NCBI RefSeq assembly: GCF_036321535.1
Contig: NC_087436.1
Coordinates: 101,992,001 to 102,056,000 of the forward strand
Direction: 5' to 3'
Source of the DNA: Camelus dromedarius
Lineage: Eukaryota
Length of the DNA: 64,000 nucleotides
Of the stretch, positions 52,011 to 64,000 are shown in pieces. The position numbers and the translations under genes are program-made. How positions within the stretch are numbered: position 1 is the stretch's first letter; every line of letters begins with the position of its first letter. The notes beneath the pieces were generated by a model. The model searched no databases. It saw only the letters and a list, made by a program, of their open reading frames with translations, and was not told the origin of the DNA.

Positions 52011-52709
52011 ACCAACACAGAGCTGCTAATACTGCATTGTGAAAGGTGTCTCTTTTTATATTTGACAATGTTCTGAAAGAATAAACCCTAAATTAGAAAT
52101 GTTATATGGCACATTTTTTGGAAAGCCAAAGAAGAAGAAGTATCATACAGGAAGTTTTGCTCTTACAAGGGGGACACAAAGGGAAAGAACTTCAGGACAA
52201 TGTAAATGATCACCTTTCTATTACAAGCTGAAAGTCAGGTGCTATTTCTGTATAGATGAATACCAGCCTGATTTCCTTTCCTCCTCCTTTCCTTTAGGTA
52301 ACTATTCTATGCTGTCAATGGGATTAGGCAATCCGGCAGCTTTACTTAGTATTCAGCATTTCTAACTTTGCAATGTCTTAAAGGCAGTAAATTGTCCAGT
52401 TCTTTTTTGTGTCCTTGGCCAGGACTAAAAAAGTTCTTTTGGAAATAAGTAGTTAATAAATATTTGCTGAATTAAATGTTAATAATGTAACTAGAAGTGC
52501 TTAGAAAGAATTTTTTTGTCAGTTGTGTTTGACCTGAATTCTATTTATCTTTTTCTCATTTCATTTTCATTTATAATTTTTATTTTATCATGGTATTTTA
52601 TCATTTTGGAAGCATTGTTGAAGTTTTCTGATAGCTATTACCTTTTGTACTATTCTATGTCTCTCTCTCTTTCTGTCTTTATATATATGTATATAAAAAA
52701 CTATTTATT

Positions 52710-52745
52710 TATGTATGTATGTATGTATGTATGTATGTATATATG
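52710..52745. repeat. (TATG)n microsatellite
   Basis: Directly visible in the sequence. Confidence 0.9.
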
Positions 52746-53303
52746 TTTCCATCTGTAGACAACATAAGTCCACAGACCACATATGCATATTGTGTGCAAG
52801 TGTGTGTATCTATTCATCATGTGATTATTGAATACCTATATACTGTCACCTGTTCAAGATACCAGACAATAAACTAACTAATAATACCAAATAATAACTA
52901 GCAATTAAATAGCGACTTATAAATTATCTGAAAGTCTTTCATATATATTATCTTATCTGCTCAAACAAGCACATAAACGTTAGATGAATTTTTACTTTGA
53001 GATATATTAAAAGTTGTTTGGTTTCCTATTTCTTATAAAAATATCTTCAAGGAAATGGAACATCTCATGGAAAACAAAGATTCACAAGTTGTAGGATTGA
53101 TATTAAAATTAATGCAGTTGAAAGTTTATCCATACCCCTAAAAAAATCAAGTGAAGTTTTTCTCAATTAAACTAAATTGTTCACATTGCTTGAAATGAAA
53201 TATGTTTTTATGAAGCTTACATAATGTTTTACTTTCAGTAATTGTACTTATATATGCATTTATATAAATGTATAAACATCAATTTTATATGTTTATATGA
53301 TTA

Positions 53304-53338
<35 letters not shown>

Positions 53339-53773
53339 AAGTGATTTATTATAAGGAATTGGCTCATGTGATCATAAAGACTGACAAGTCCTAACATGTG
53401 AGGATAAGGGTGGTAAGCAAACTGGACACTCAAGGAAGTCAAAGGCCAAGCAAGCTTGTTACCAGGGAAGAACTGATGTTTCAGTTTGAGTCTGAAGGCA
53501 GGAAAAATATCTGATGATATCTCGGTTCAAGGCAGTCAGGCAAAAGGAATTTCTCAGACCCAGGGAAGGGTCAGCCTTTTTGTTCTATTGAGTCTCAACT
53601 AATTGTATGAGCCCCAATTACATTAAGAGGGATAATCTGCTTTATTAAAGCTACCAATTTCATGTTAATCTCATCAAAAAACACCCTTACAGACACACCC
53701 AGAAATAACATTTGACAAAATATCTGGAGGACCTGTGGCCCAGAAAAGCTGACACATAAAACTAACCTTCACA
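53304..53773 (-). mobile_element. ERVL MLT2 LTR with internal (CA)n
   Basis: (CA)n(TA)n followed by 'gatttattataaggaattggctcatgtgat'; ends 'ctgacacataaaactaaccttcaca'. Confidence 0.88.
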
Positions 53774-53836
53774 TTAATGAATGGTATTTCATCTTCCATG
53801 TTGATTAAAATCATAAGCTAGTAACAGACCTCATGA

Positions 53837-53918
53837 CTTCTCTCCCTTTCTTCCTTTCTCTCTTTCTCTCTTCCTCTCTTCCTCCCTTTCTTCCTCTCTT
53901 CCTCCCTTCCTTCCTTTT

Positions 53919-54006
<88 letters not shown>

Positions 54007-54008
54007 TC
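53837..54008. repeat. Polypyrimidine tract with long (TTTC)n
   Basis: About 170 bp of C/T sequence, with perfect TTTC units from about 53917 to 54008. Confidence 0.97.
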
Positions 54009-55769
54009 ATTTGGTAAAATCCAATTAGAACATCCTCATGTAATTTTTAAGTTGACTTATATTTGTATCAAAAATTGTCTATTTGTTCTGCTGGATTTAT
54101 ATGGTTTTTATATGTACACTAGAATAAAATATGTATTTGCTTGGTAGATTGTAACTACTAAATAAATATCAGTTGAAGGGAGGAATTTTTATTTTTATTA
54201 GCAAAAGACATACACATCCAAGTCACATCCTGGTTGACTTGGTGTGTTTGTCACTGAAATCAAGACTCTCCAAAAAAAAAAAAAAATCAAATAACATAAA
54301 TAGATGAAGAAAAAAATCCACAATAAACACACACACACATACATTCAATGATAGTTGATAAGACACCTTCAAACAAACCACCACCAAAAAATTGCATATA
54401 TAAACACACAAAAAGGAATGCAAAAGAGAGAGACAAAATAGGCAAAAATATATTCAGGAAAAAAAATATATTCAGCGGGTGGAGAGGGAAACATCAGGAA
54501 ACAAAATGTTATCCTTCATCTCAGTAACAACAGTGGAAGCACAGGAGATTTAAAGTTCTGAATTATTGATTTCCATTAAAGGATTTATAAAGGATTTTTA
54601 TTTTATATAAAACAGTATTTAGGTTAGAAAGTAATATAGAAGTATTAAAAGATGCACAAAAATCTTAATCACTTCCTACTAATTTATTCAGTGGCACTGC
54701 TGAAGTATTTGATGCACTAAAGAGAATATTTTAAAAGGCAGGGGGAGTGATGATAGAGGAAATAAAGAATCTGATACAGATATGTATATTCTATTTCTGC
54801 AGTAAATTACAGCATTGGGACTGAAATCAAAGGTACATACTTTTGAGTACTAAACTAATTAGCAATTACAAGATGAAATTATCTGTTCTATAATGTTTTA
54901 GAAGTAAATTTATCACTGTATGTATGGTACAATTAAAAAAAGTAAGTGAAGAATATTTATACAATGACCTTTAAAGTTTTCACACTTTCAGCATTAAGAA
55001 GCTACACAAAAATGGCAAAATGACTTTCATAAAACATTCACAGTAAATTCATGTATGCTATTCAAATTAAAAAGAGTGCTATTCTGACTCTGGGACTTTA
55101 CTACATTAAATAGGTTACTTTAAATTAATACCAGAGTACTAGAAATTTACATAAAGAAAATAGTGTAGCTGATCATGGATGCAAATTAAGTAATAAAAGG
55201 TATATTTAAATTATGTATATTAAAATAATACTATTTTTATTAAAATCATGACATGTACAGTTATAAATCAGAAATATGAAGAATGTATCCAAAATCCACA
55301 GGCTGCTTTCCATCTCTCTTCATCCCTTTTCTAGTGCTGTTGACCCAGCAACTTTCTTTTTCAAGAATTTTTCATTTTTCTCATGGTTTTTAAAATGCAT
55401 GTTTCTAAATAAAATAGTTTACTTGCTTTTTTTGTTGTTAATTTTAGATATGATTATTTGTTTTCTATTATGGATAATGAGGTTTTCACTTCTTTTTCAC
55501 AATTGTATACATATTTCCTCAAACCTTAATTACATTTTGTTTAAGTCAATGTACAACACTTAATTACTCTGTATATGAAAATATTGTTACCTGTTGAACT
55601 AAGAGATACACTGCATTCTACTTTCCTTCTCTAAATATCCAAAGTGACATTTTTCTGATATAACTCATACTGTATCTATGTTTATGTCTATGCAAGTGTG
55701 TGTGTGCATGTGTGTGGGTATATATCTATAGACATAGAACACTGTTCCAAGCCCTCATTTTTCTCTTGT

Positions 55770-55910
55770 TTAGTCATCAATACAGTCTTCTCATTTAAGT
55801 ATGACTTTTATTATCATTTTTCAGATGTGGGAATTTTAACTTGTCCAAAGTTACACAGTTAATTCATTAATGGAAGAGGAGGGATTCACACCCAGAGGGT
55901 TCAACGTGAG
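55770..55910 (-). mobile_element. MIR SINE
   Basis: 'ttattatcatttttcagatgtggga...aacttgtccaaagttacacagttaatt...gggattcacacccag'. Confidence 0.65.
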
Positions 55911-56569
55911 TCCAGTAATAAACAAGGGTGCTAACCACAATTGCCTTTCATTCCAATTAACCGTGTTAAATAAATACATAATTTTTACTTTATACCCCAA
56001 GGAACTAGAGTGACTAGTGTTTTGGAGAACTAGGAAGATTGAGTTTTCTATCAAGTCAGAGCTAGAGGAGAAAGTAAAGTATAATTTTGTAAGAACTGTT
56101 GAGCAGGTTGAGAAGTATGCGCTCCAAAAAGCAATTACTTGGGGAGTAGCCAAATTAAAATGGATAAACCTGAATGAGTCATAAATTGAAAGTGGTAGGC
56201 AAAGAGGGAGAATCTGGGTAGGAGCCAAAGAAACAGAGAATGGCAGATAATAGAAAAAGTCTGTGCTGTTAGGCAAAGGCAGGATGGACACATTCCTTAG
56301 GAGGATTTGCACTCAGCAAAATCGTCTGGAGATTACCTGGAAATTATTCCTTTTTGAATAACTGAAAGGGCACTTCATATAGTTTCATTACTATGAATTT
56401 ATTTCACATTTAGATCATTTGCTGATTATAAAATAAATCAATGTCAAAAATTTTAATCAGAAAAATATTAAAATCTGAGATGTTGAATGCCTTTTAAGGA
56501 TTTACATAAAAGTGATTATTAACTCTCCCCCCACTTTTTTTGCATATTATTCCTTAAATACTAATTAAA

Positions 56570-58060
56570 ATGAAGAAATAGAACATAATTATTTCTGGCA
56601 ATATGATACACTGACTATTCGAAAACCTCCCTCAACATGCTGAATACTTTAAAAAAATCTTTAAGTCATAGTTTAGTTAGCAAGGAAGTTTTTCAAAATT
56701 AAAATAAGTTAAATTAAAAAAAAAAGAAGAAAACAAAAATTCAAAGAAGAAAGCCCACCGGAAAACTACAGTTGCTCTGAGGAAAGATGCATATTCTAGG
56801 AGATTTTCGGCTTATGGTTCTAATCCAACAAGCGTAAAGAAAAACAAAATAAAAACTTCAGTCTGAGAAAGTAAAAAGTCAAACCAAGTGCCCTTCAGTA
56901 TACAGTCATGACTCCAAAATGTGAATGCTTAATAAAATAGACAACTGGGAGAAAAACAGCACTCCCCAGTACAAGGAGGCAATAATTAAACTTGACAAAT
57001 GAGGGAGTGGGGTACAAAAAGTCTTCTTTGATGATTTATAACCTTGAGTTTGGCCTGAAGCAGGTTTGACATCAGAAATCATAGTATCTATGGAATACAA
57101 ATGCCTAAAGCACAACATTTATATAGAATTTCTGAGCATTGTCAACACTCCAGATACCTTGTAGAATTAAACATAGTCCTAATTATAGGAACAGATTTTA
57201 CCATATCCCTTCAAAGTTTTTTGCATAATATAGCTCAATAGTCAATAAAATTCTTATAAGTGTTTATTTATAAGAAAATAAAATAATCAAAGGAATAGCC
57301 TACTGTGAGCAAAAGTTAACAGAATATAACAAATATACACAAACAAAAGAATCAGATGTAGAGTATTAAAAAATATGAGTAATATGTTTTAATAATAAAA
57401 GAGGATATTCAAGTAGGTAAAATAAAAGAAGATATCAAAATGCTAAATCTGATTTCGAAAATAACAAATAAAAATTCTAGAAATGGTAGAAGAGCTCTTA
57501 AGATCAGATAAATAGAATAGACATAATGATGACAGAATGAATGAACTAGAATGGATTTTAACAGAATTACTCAGGATTCAGTATAGAGAAACAGAGATAA
57601 AATAAAAAGGAAGTTGAGAGATGTACGAGTAAAAAATTTTTAGTATTTATCTACCAGGAAAACCAGAAGAAGCTGGTAAAAAGAAAAGCTTGATACAAAG
57701 ATGTAATGAATGATAAAATTTAAGAATTAAGCTCAAATGAAACTGTTCCTTTGAATCTGGATTCTTCCAGAATCTTCATGTATCTTATACAGGAAAAATA
57801 AATATAATTCCACACCTAGAGCCATCATAATGTAAATACAGAAAACTAATGCAGAAGAAAAGACCTTAAATAAACTAGCAAATAAATACTTATGATCTTC
57901 AAGGGAACAAACATAGGTCTGAGCACTTCCAGCAACAGTATTAGTGAAAATCAATAGAATAATAACTCAAAGTATTAACCGCAAAAACTTTTTATCTAGA
58001 CTAGCATAAAAATCAAATATGGTCAAAATCAAGGGTGAAACAAAGTCACTGCAGACCAAC
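56570..58060 (+). mobile_element. Old L1M/HAL1 5' UTR and ORF1 remnant
   Basis: A-rich region containing 'tccacacctagagccatcataatgtaaatacagaaaactaatgcagaagaaaagaccttaaa', resembling ORF1 STPRHIIVKL...KEKILK. Confidence 0.6.
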
Positions 58061-58169
58061 AAAACTGGAGAAATAGTGTCAATACACCTGTAATCAATAA
58101 GAATGAGCCAAACAACCTAATGAGAAAATGAGTTAAAAATAAGAATAAACACTTATGATCTGAAGCATA

Positions 58170-58378
58170 CAAAAAGATAAGAAGAAGGTGGAGATTGGGA
58201 ATGACTGCTTAACAGGTACGGAGTTTCCTACTGGGGAGATGAAAATGTTCTGGAACTAGATACTGGTGGTGTTCACACAACATTGTGAATATACTAAATT
58301 CTATTCAAGTATGCATATTAAAACACTTAACATAGACAATTTTATGTTGTTGGTATCTTATTTACCTCAATTAAAAAT
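58170..58378 (+). mobile_element. L1MB 3' end
   Basis: 'aatgactgcttaacaggtacggagtttcctactggggagatgaaaatgttctggaactaga'. Confidence 0.85.
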
Positions 58379-58449
58379 GTTTTCAAAGATACATTACCAG
58401 AATGGTGGTAGTGTATAATTGTTTAAAGCATACTTCATAAACTATTATA

Positions 58450-58640
58450 AGAATTTTTGATCTCAAGTCCTGGCTTCACAACTTATGATCTGTTTATTCT
58501 TGTGCTATTTATTAGCCCTTCCTTTGCCTCTGTCTTCTTATATGGCAGTAATTATAATAGTAACTACATTGTGAAGATTAATAACATAATAAGGCAAGGA
58601 AAAGCCTAACATAATAGGCTGTCAATTTGACTTATCTATT
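58450..58640 (+). mobile_element. MIR SINE
   Basis: 'tcaagtcctggcttcacaacttatga...ataatagtaactacattgtgaagattaa'. Confidence 0.6.
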
Positions 58641-60124
58641 GTTAGTTATAACTTATTATGATCATTAACATCATCATCATTATTACTAAGATCTTGCTGC
58701 TAATATTTTCTCAGCTTGATGATTTCAAACTGAATTTTCATGCCATCCGTCACTATTCAAAATCAACTCTTGTAGAATGACTTTTTGGAACCCTCACATT
58801 ATATTTATGTCTTTCATTTATGTTACATATTTAACATCCCCTTAAAATTCATGTCATATTGAAATTATTAGTTTGTCTACTTTCTTCCCCTAAGGAGTTA
58901 GTTTCCCAAGACCAACATATTGTTCATATGTTGTTCATAGTGTCTCTTGAGCACATACTCCAGCACAATACACACACACGCACACATCTTAAACCATATT
59001 TGCTCAGTTGAACACTATCACCTATATGATTGACATTCTTTATTTTGTTCCTTTCATTGAATATATTTTTGCCATTTAATGTATTCCAAATTATTAGCAC
59101 TAAAAGTATATGAACCTCTCAAGGTTTTCCATGTTAGGTTGAAAGAAGAACTTAATTAATGTATTCACTTTGCAAATGTTTAGTCACATAATGGTTTGCA
59201 CAGCACTGGGTCTGTGATAAGTAATAAGTATTTTAAAAATATTAACTCCCAAACTGTTTTTATAGTTCTGTTGTTTGTAAGTTTAGATATAAGTACTTTT
59301 TGAGCCAAAGTGAAACTTTAGACACTGACTAAAGTCTCCTCACACGATGGGTAGGAGTTGCAATGATTCTCAGCCAGGTTTTATTTTATTTTTTCCCTTC
59401 CTGAAGAAAAAAAATTCCTTAAATAATAAATAAATGAAAAAAATGAGAAGATTAAGCACACACATATGCTTTTTGCAAAGGGCTACTCTGTCAAACCACA
59501 TGTTTATCTAGTACTTAGAATATGACTCTAGTACCTGATATAAGTAGAATGAGAGGGACTATGATATGATCAACCTGAACATCCTCTCTATTGTCAGTTT
59601 GATACAAAAGACCACAGAAGTGGTGAGTTACATTAGCATGCCATTAATCTATTAGGAAATAAAAGTTGAGAAAAGAAGGCACAAGAAGCTATCATTCATA
59701 CCCTTGTTAAGTCTGAGGAGGGAAATGCGCATGTATTAGCAATTGCTTTTTGTACAGATGCTGAAAATTATAATAGCATATCATCATGTGTCTGACTGAT
59801 TTCATTTTAATTTTTATTGTGAATACTGCTTGACAGTTTCAGTGGATACCCACTAAATTGTTGTCAACACATTTTAATTACTATATACATGCACAGTAGT
59901 CATTTCATGCAGTGTTAGGGGGTAAAGGTACATCAATTAGTGATCCTTGTTTGAGTTTATTAAACAAATTATTTTTCACTTTGAGATACGTATGATACAG
60001 AATTTCTACTCTTTTTCCTGCTTTTGCTTTTAGAGCTTCTTAACTGGGATACACGCTATTTTGTCTTAACAACCTATAATAAAATCAAAGCAATAAAGAG
60101 CACTGTGATAAAGAAGGAGCCTGC

Positions 60125-60440
60125 AAGTTTTTTCAAAACCAATGTGAATTTGTAGAAAGCTCCATCAAGCTAGTCAATAAGGAAAACAATATATTTACTT
60201 CTTCAGCCTCTGGCTTTTGAAAACTTTCTGAGACAACAGAGAAACCGTTTTTATGTGGCATGTTTGAATTAGAGATTCACAACCTGGGAGGACTTATATT
60301 TTGCAAATTGTTTACAGGTCTACCAAGAAATCAGTCAGATTAGGAAATTCTCTGGGCATCCAGAAGATGCCTAGATGCTACATCATTACTCAGGAGGGTT
60401 GTTCCACTATCTGGTATTTTGTAGAAATAATATAATTTCC
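60125..60440 (+). mobile_element. Ancient CR1/L3-clade LINE reverse-transcriptase fossil
   Basis: Hand translation gives EFVESSIKLVNKENNIFTSSASGF*KLSET...FELEIHNLGGLIF, then after a frameshift KSVRLGNSLG...ITQEG. These are collinear with CR1 RT 'EFFE.VTKLVDKG...LDF.KAFD...KLE.HGIGG...QRV.ING..S.....GVPQGS'. Confidence 0.45.
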
Positions 60441-61568
60441 TCCGTGAGAGATTATTCTGAAACCTGTGAGAGTCGCCAAAGCTACTGTCTTCTGCACAAA
60501 ATAACTGGTAAAATGGGCAAGAGGGGACTAAAACTAATCCTAGTTCTGTTGCATCCACCAAGAAAAACAGATCTTTCACTAATTTATGTTTGTTTTCTTT
60601 CCACTTCATCTTCAATATCCACAGAGTGTATCTGCCATGCTGTGAAAATAAAGAAAAGTGAGGCTTTAGTGACACAATAAACAATGATAATTGTAATTAC
60701 ATAGCAGAATTCGAATGTTTTCTTTGCTAGGCATGAACATATATCTACTTATTTAATATTCATTGCTGTTTCAAGAGGCAATTACCTTTGTTCATTTTAA
60801 TAAACATCAGGTATTATGATGAGCTATGTGCTCTGCAAGTGGGTGAAGATTGTAAAAAAAAAAAAATTTTAGTCTCTTTTCAAAATGCTTTCAATCCAGT
60901 AGTGGAGGCAAACAGTACAATGCCAACTAATGGGGAAGATTTTATAAATGTAGTAGTGAGGAAAAAAAATCATACTGTGAGATAACAACAAAAATATATA
61001 CTAAATAATTCTGATTGAATGATCAAAGAACATTACTGTAACTAGAAGAGCACTTGTCACTTAAAAGTTTGTAAAATATATGACTCAACACAGAACAGAC
61101 TAGAAGTAAGATGGCTACGTTAGGAGTGCAAAACAGAAAAATCGTCATCTGGAAGGAATTAAATAAGTGAAATTATTTGAAACTGTCAGCTTAATGTTAA
61201 AACCAATACCTAAATTAAAAATCAATTTTATTATCATCTAATTTTATTCTTCAAGTCAACTCGGCTTAACAAATTAGTGACCAAAGGGCAGAGATTTTTG
61301 ACTATATGTGTCAATATCGGCAAATAACACACGATTTTCTTGCTTCTCTTGAACTCTCTCTTCTTCTCATATACACATAAGTATTTCCACAAGTTAGTTT
61401 AATTTTAATGTTATCTTCATACTCTTGAAGTAGATCTTTGGGTCATGGACTCTTTTCAGTTGCTGGATTAAATGTGTTATTGGTTTATTTAGAATTTTTG
61501 TATTTAGATGTGTAAGTGATATTGGACTATACTTTTACATTTTTAACTGTCTTTATCTGGTATGATGT

Positions 61569-62144
61569 TGTATTAGTTCTGTACAACTGAATAACAAATT
61601 ACTACAAACTTAGTAGCTCAAAAGAACACCCATTTATTATGCCACAGTTGCTGGTCAGAACTCTGAGATATGTAAACTGTTTGCTGCTCAAGACTTTACA
61701 ATGCTGAAATCAAGGTTTAGAGGAGGCTGAGTTCTTACCTGGAGGTGCTAGGGCAGAAGCACTTCTAAGTGTCTTCAGGTTGTTAGCTGAATTCAGCTCT
61801 TTGGGTTGGAAGACCAAGGTCCCCATTTCCATGTTGATAGTCAACATGGGGGCAGCTCTCAGCTCTTTGAAGCTTCCTGCATTCCTCATGGATATTGTCC
61901 CCTTCATCTTTGAGCCAAAAGTGGTGCTTGGAATCCTTCTAGTGCTTTAAATCTCTCTGATTTATCTGTTTTTAAAGAGCACATGGGATTAGGTTAGACC
62001 CACACAACTAATGTCCATATATTAAAGCAAACTGATTTAGGATTTTACATCTGCAAAATCTCTTTACATCACTTAGATTAATATTTGATACAACATCAGG
62101 GATAAGAGTCTTGGAGACCCATCTTTGGAATTCTTCCTACCACA
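61569..62144 (-). mobile_element. MaLR solo LTR (MLT1E-like)
   Basis: Runs from 'tgtattagttctg...taacaaattactacaaacttagtagctcaaaa' to 'ttggaattcttcctaccaca'. Confidence 0.88.
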
Positions 62145-62209
62145 AGTGGCAAGGTTATTAAGGTTTTCTAAAATGAGTTACTTACCACTTTCTATTTACT
62201 TTCTGAAAG

Positions 62210-63300
62210 AAGTTGTATATGTGCCAGTCTTTGGATATTCAAAAATCTTACTGGTAAAAATCCATTCCTTGATTGTAGGTAGAACTTAACTGGCAAAAAT
62301 TGCTGTAATTTTCATTTTATTATTAGTTTTATATCCTGTGGATAGTTTCTATTTATTTAATGATTTCTTGTGCAGGTTTACTATTCTACTTTAGTTCTGG
62401 CAAGGTTTTGAATTAATTGGCATAAAGTGACTGAATATTCATTGATTTTTTTAAACTACTTCCGTATATGTAATCATGCTCCCCTTCAGTTCTAATATTA
62501 TCTATTTGTGATCTCTCTCTCTCTCCCCTCTCTTTTTTGATTAAAGTCCATGCAGGGCAGACTTTTTTTTCTGTTTTATTATACTTTTTAAATAAAATGC
62601 TTTTTTTTGCCTTGTTGATCTAAAATATTCCTTTGATTCTGAGCTTTTGCTGTTTCTTTCTTTCAGTTACTTAGACTAATTTATTTTATTTTCATAACTT
62701 TTACATTGGATGATTAGATCATTCATTTTTCAGACTTTTAAAAATTTCAAATATAAGCTTTAAAAAATATAGTTTCCCCTATACTTGAAATGCATTTATA
62801 CATTTTACAGAAATAGTATTTTGATTACTATTGAAATTATGTATCAAAAGTATATGTATTTACTAATTTTTAAAGATTTTTTAATACATGAACTATATGT
62901 TATTTTGCTTTAACCTCCAAATATATATAATTTACATTTTTTCTATTGATATTGAACTTGTTTATAATAGGATAAACGTGAAAAAAAATTAATTATTTTT
63001 TATGTTCAAGATGTCTGTGTATGTGTTGATACATCTTTTATGACCAGATAGACAGTCCAGCTCCATAAATGGTTTACTATATCTTAAGGAGAGTGAGTAT
63101 TTTAGCATTTTTGGATGTAAGGTTCAATATGCATTCATTACATCAAGTTTGTTACTTGTCTTCTATTTGTTCCTATTTTTTAATACTTTTTTTTACTAAT
63201 TAGGTTTCTTAGAAGTTCTTTTAGATGGGAAATAATTATTTAATAAATTTTAACGTAAAATCCATTACAAATTTTATCCATTTAACGGTAAGTATGCAGA
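62210..63300 (-). mobile_element. Degenerate L1M ORF2 fragment
   Basis: T-rich antisense L1 phrases such as 'ccccttcagttctaatatt', 'ttttaacctccaaatat' and 'tttatgaccagatagacagtc'. Confidence 0.6.
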
Positions 63301-64000
63301 TTATAATTTTAAAATTTTTATTCTATTCGATTTTTCATAAAATGCATTTTGCAGCTATTACAATTGTTTTCAAGAACCTTTTATGCTAAGGAAAATACAA
63401 TCTTAACTATGAAAAAGGAATGATATAAAACTTCATATGTAGTATAACAATTTTAATGTGTCAAATTATTATGAGTAATTAACTTTGATATAATTAAAAT
63501 AATAATTAAAATAGGTGGATCATAATGAATTCCCTTAGACATATTTCAACATACCAATGTTGAGAAGAAGCTAACTCATAGGTTATTTTCTGTAGGAAAC
63601 TTTTCTTTCTAGTTTCTAGAAACTCTTTAGGAGTTCAATTACTTCAGGCTGGAAAGAAAGTATTTTTGTTATACATACTGAAAGGCATCAGTGGAAATCA
63701 GACACCTAATAGTTTACCCTTAGTTTTAACATTTACTGTTACCAAACTTTCCCCAAGATATTTCACCATTTTAAACGACCCCCTTATGTAATTGGTTTAA
63801 TATTACTGATACAATCGTGATTAATTTCAAATTATGCAATGTTATATGCCTTGTGATACAAATTGTTCATTAAATTTCTGCCTCTTGGTATCAACGATTG
63901 CTGAAGTAAGTTCTTTTTTAGATAATAATTCTCCAAAAGCTTGGTAATAGTTATTTTGCCTAATTGTTGTATTCTGTTGCTGCCATGAATATTTGGTTGG

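Noticed and set aside
53833..54147. 104-aa ORF with LSFF repeats
   Set aside because: Translation of the (TTTC)n microsatellite.
55851..56312. 153-aa minus-strand ORF
   Set aside because: Ends within a MIR, has an F/L/S bias from base composition, and shows no recognisable homology.

Overview
This window is AT-rich mammalian genomic DNA with no protein-coding gene, true RNA gene or CpG island that I can support. It reads as a gene desert or part of a very large intron. A tRNA-Ala-derived SINE resembling camelid Vic-1, cetartiodactyl-type L1 3' ends, and no recognisable Alu, B1, Bov-tA/BovB, PRE or Can-SINE suggest a camelid source (inference). Much of the window is interspersed repeat: L1 (L1M/L1MC/L1MB/L1ME and younger lineage L1), L2, MIR, MaLR MLT1 and ERVL MLT2/LTR41-like solo LTRs, two ERV1-type solo LTRs, MER58 and MER5 hAT MITEs, and microsatellites. 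Several insertions are nested and have readable target-site duplications (TSDs). The ORF track is consistent with chance ORFs or repeat-derived ORFs. The most notable unexplained structure is a ~100-190 bp imperfect palindrome at about 13.1-13.3 kb, next to a block dense in TALE-homeodomain motifs (candidate ancient exapted hairpin element or enhancer). There are also two very old CR1-like reverse-transcriptase fossils and an L1MC-type element that keeps both ends but has lost most of ORF2, with an 11-bp repeat at the junction. I did not find a clear new biological system. Repeat family names come from recalled consensus sequences, not a database search, and boundaries are approximate unless a TSD is given.
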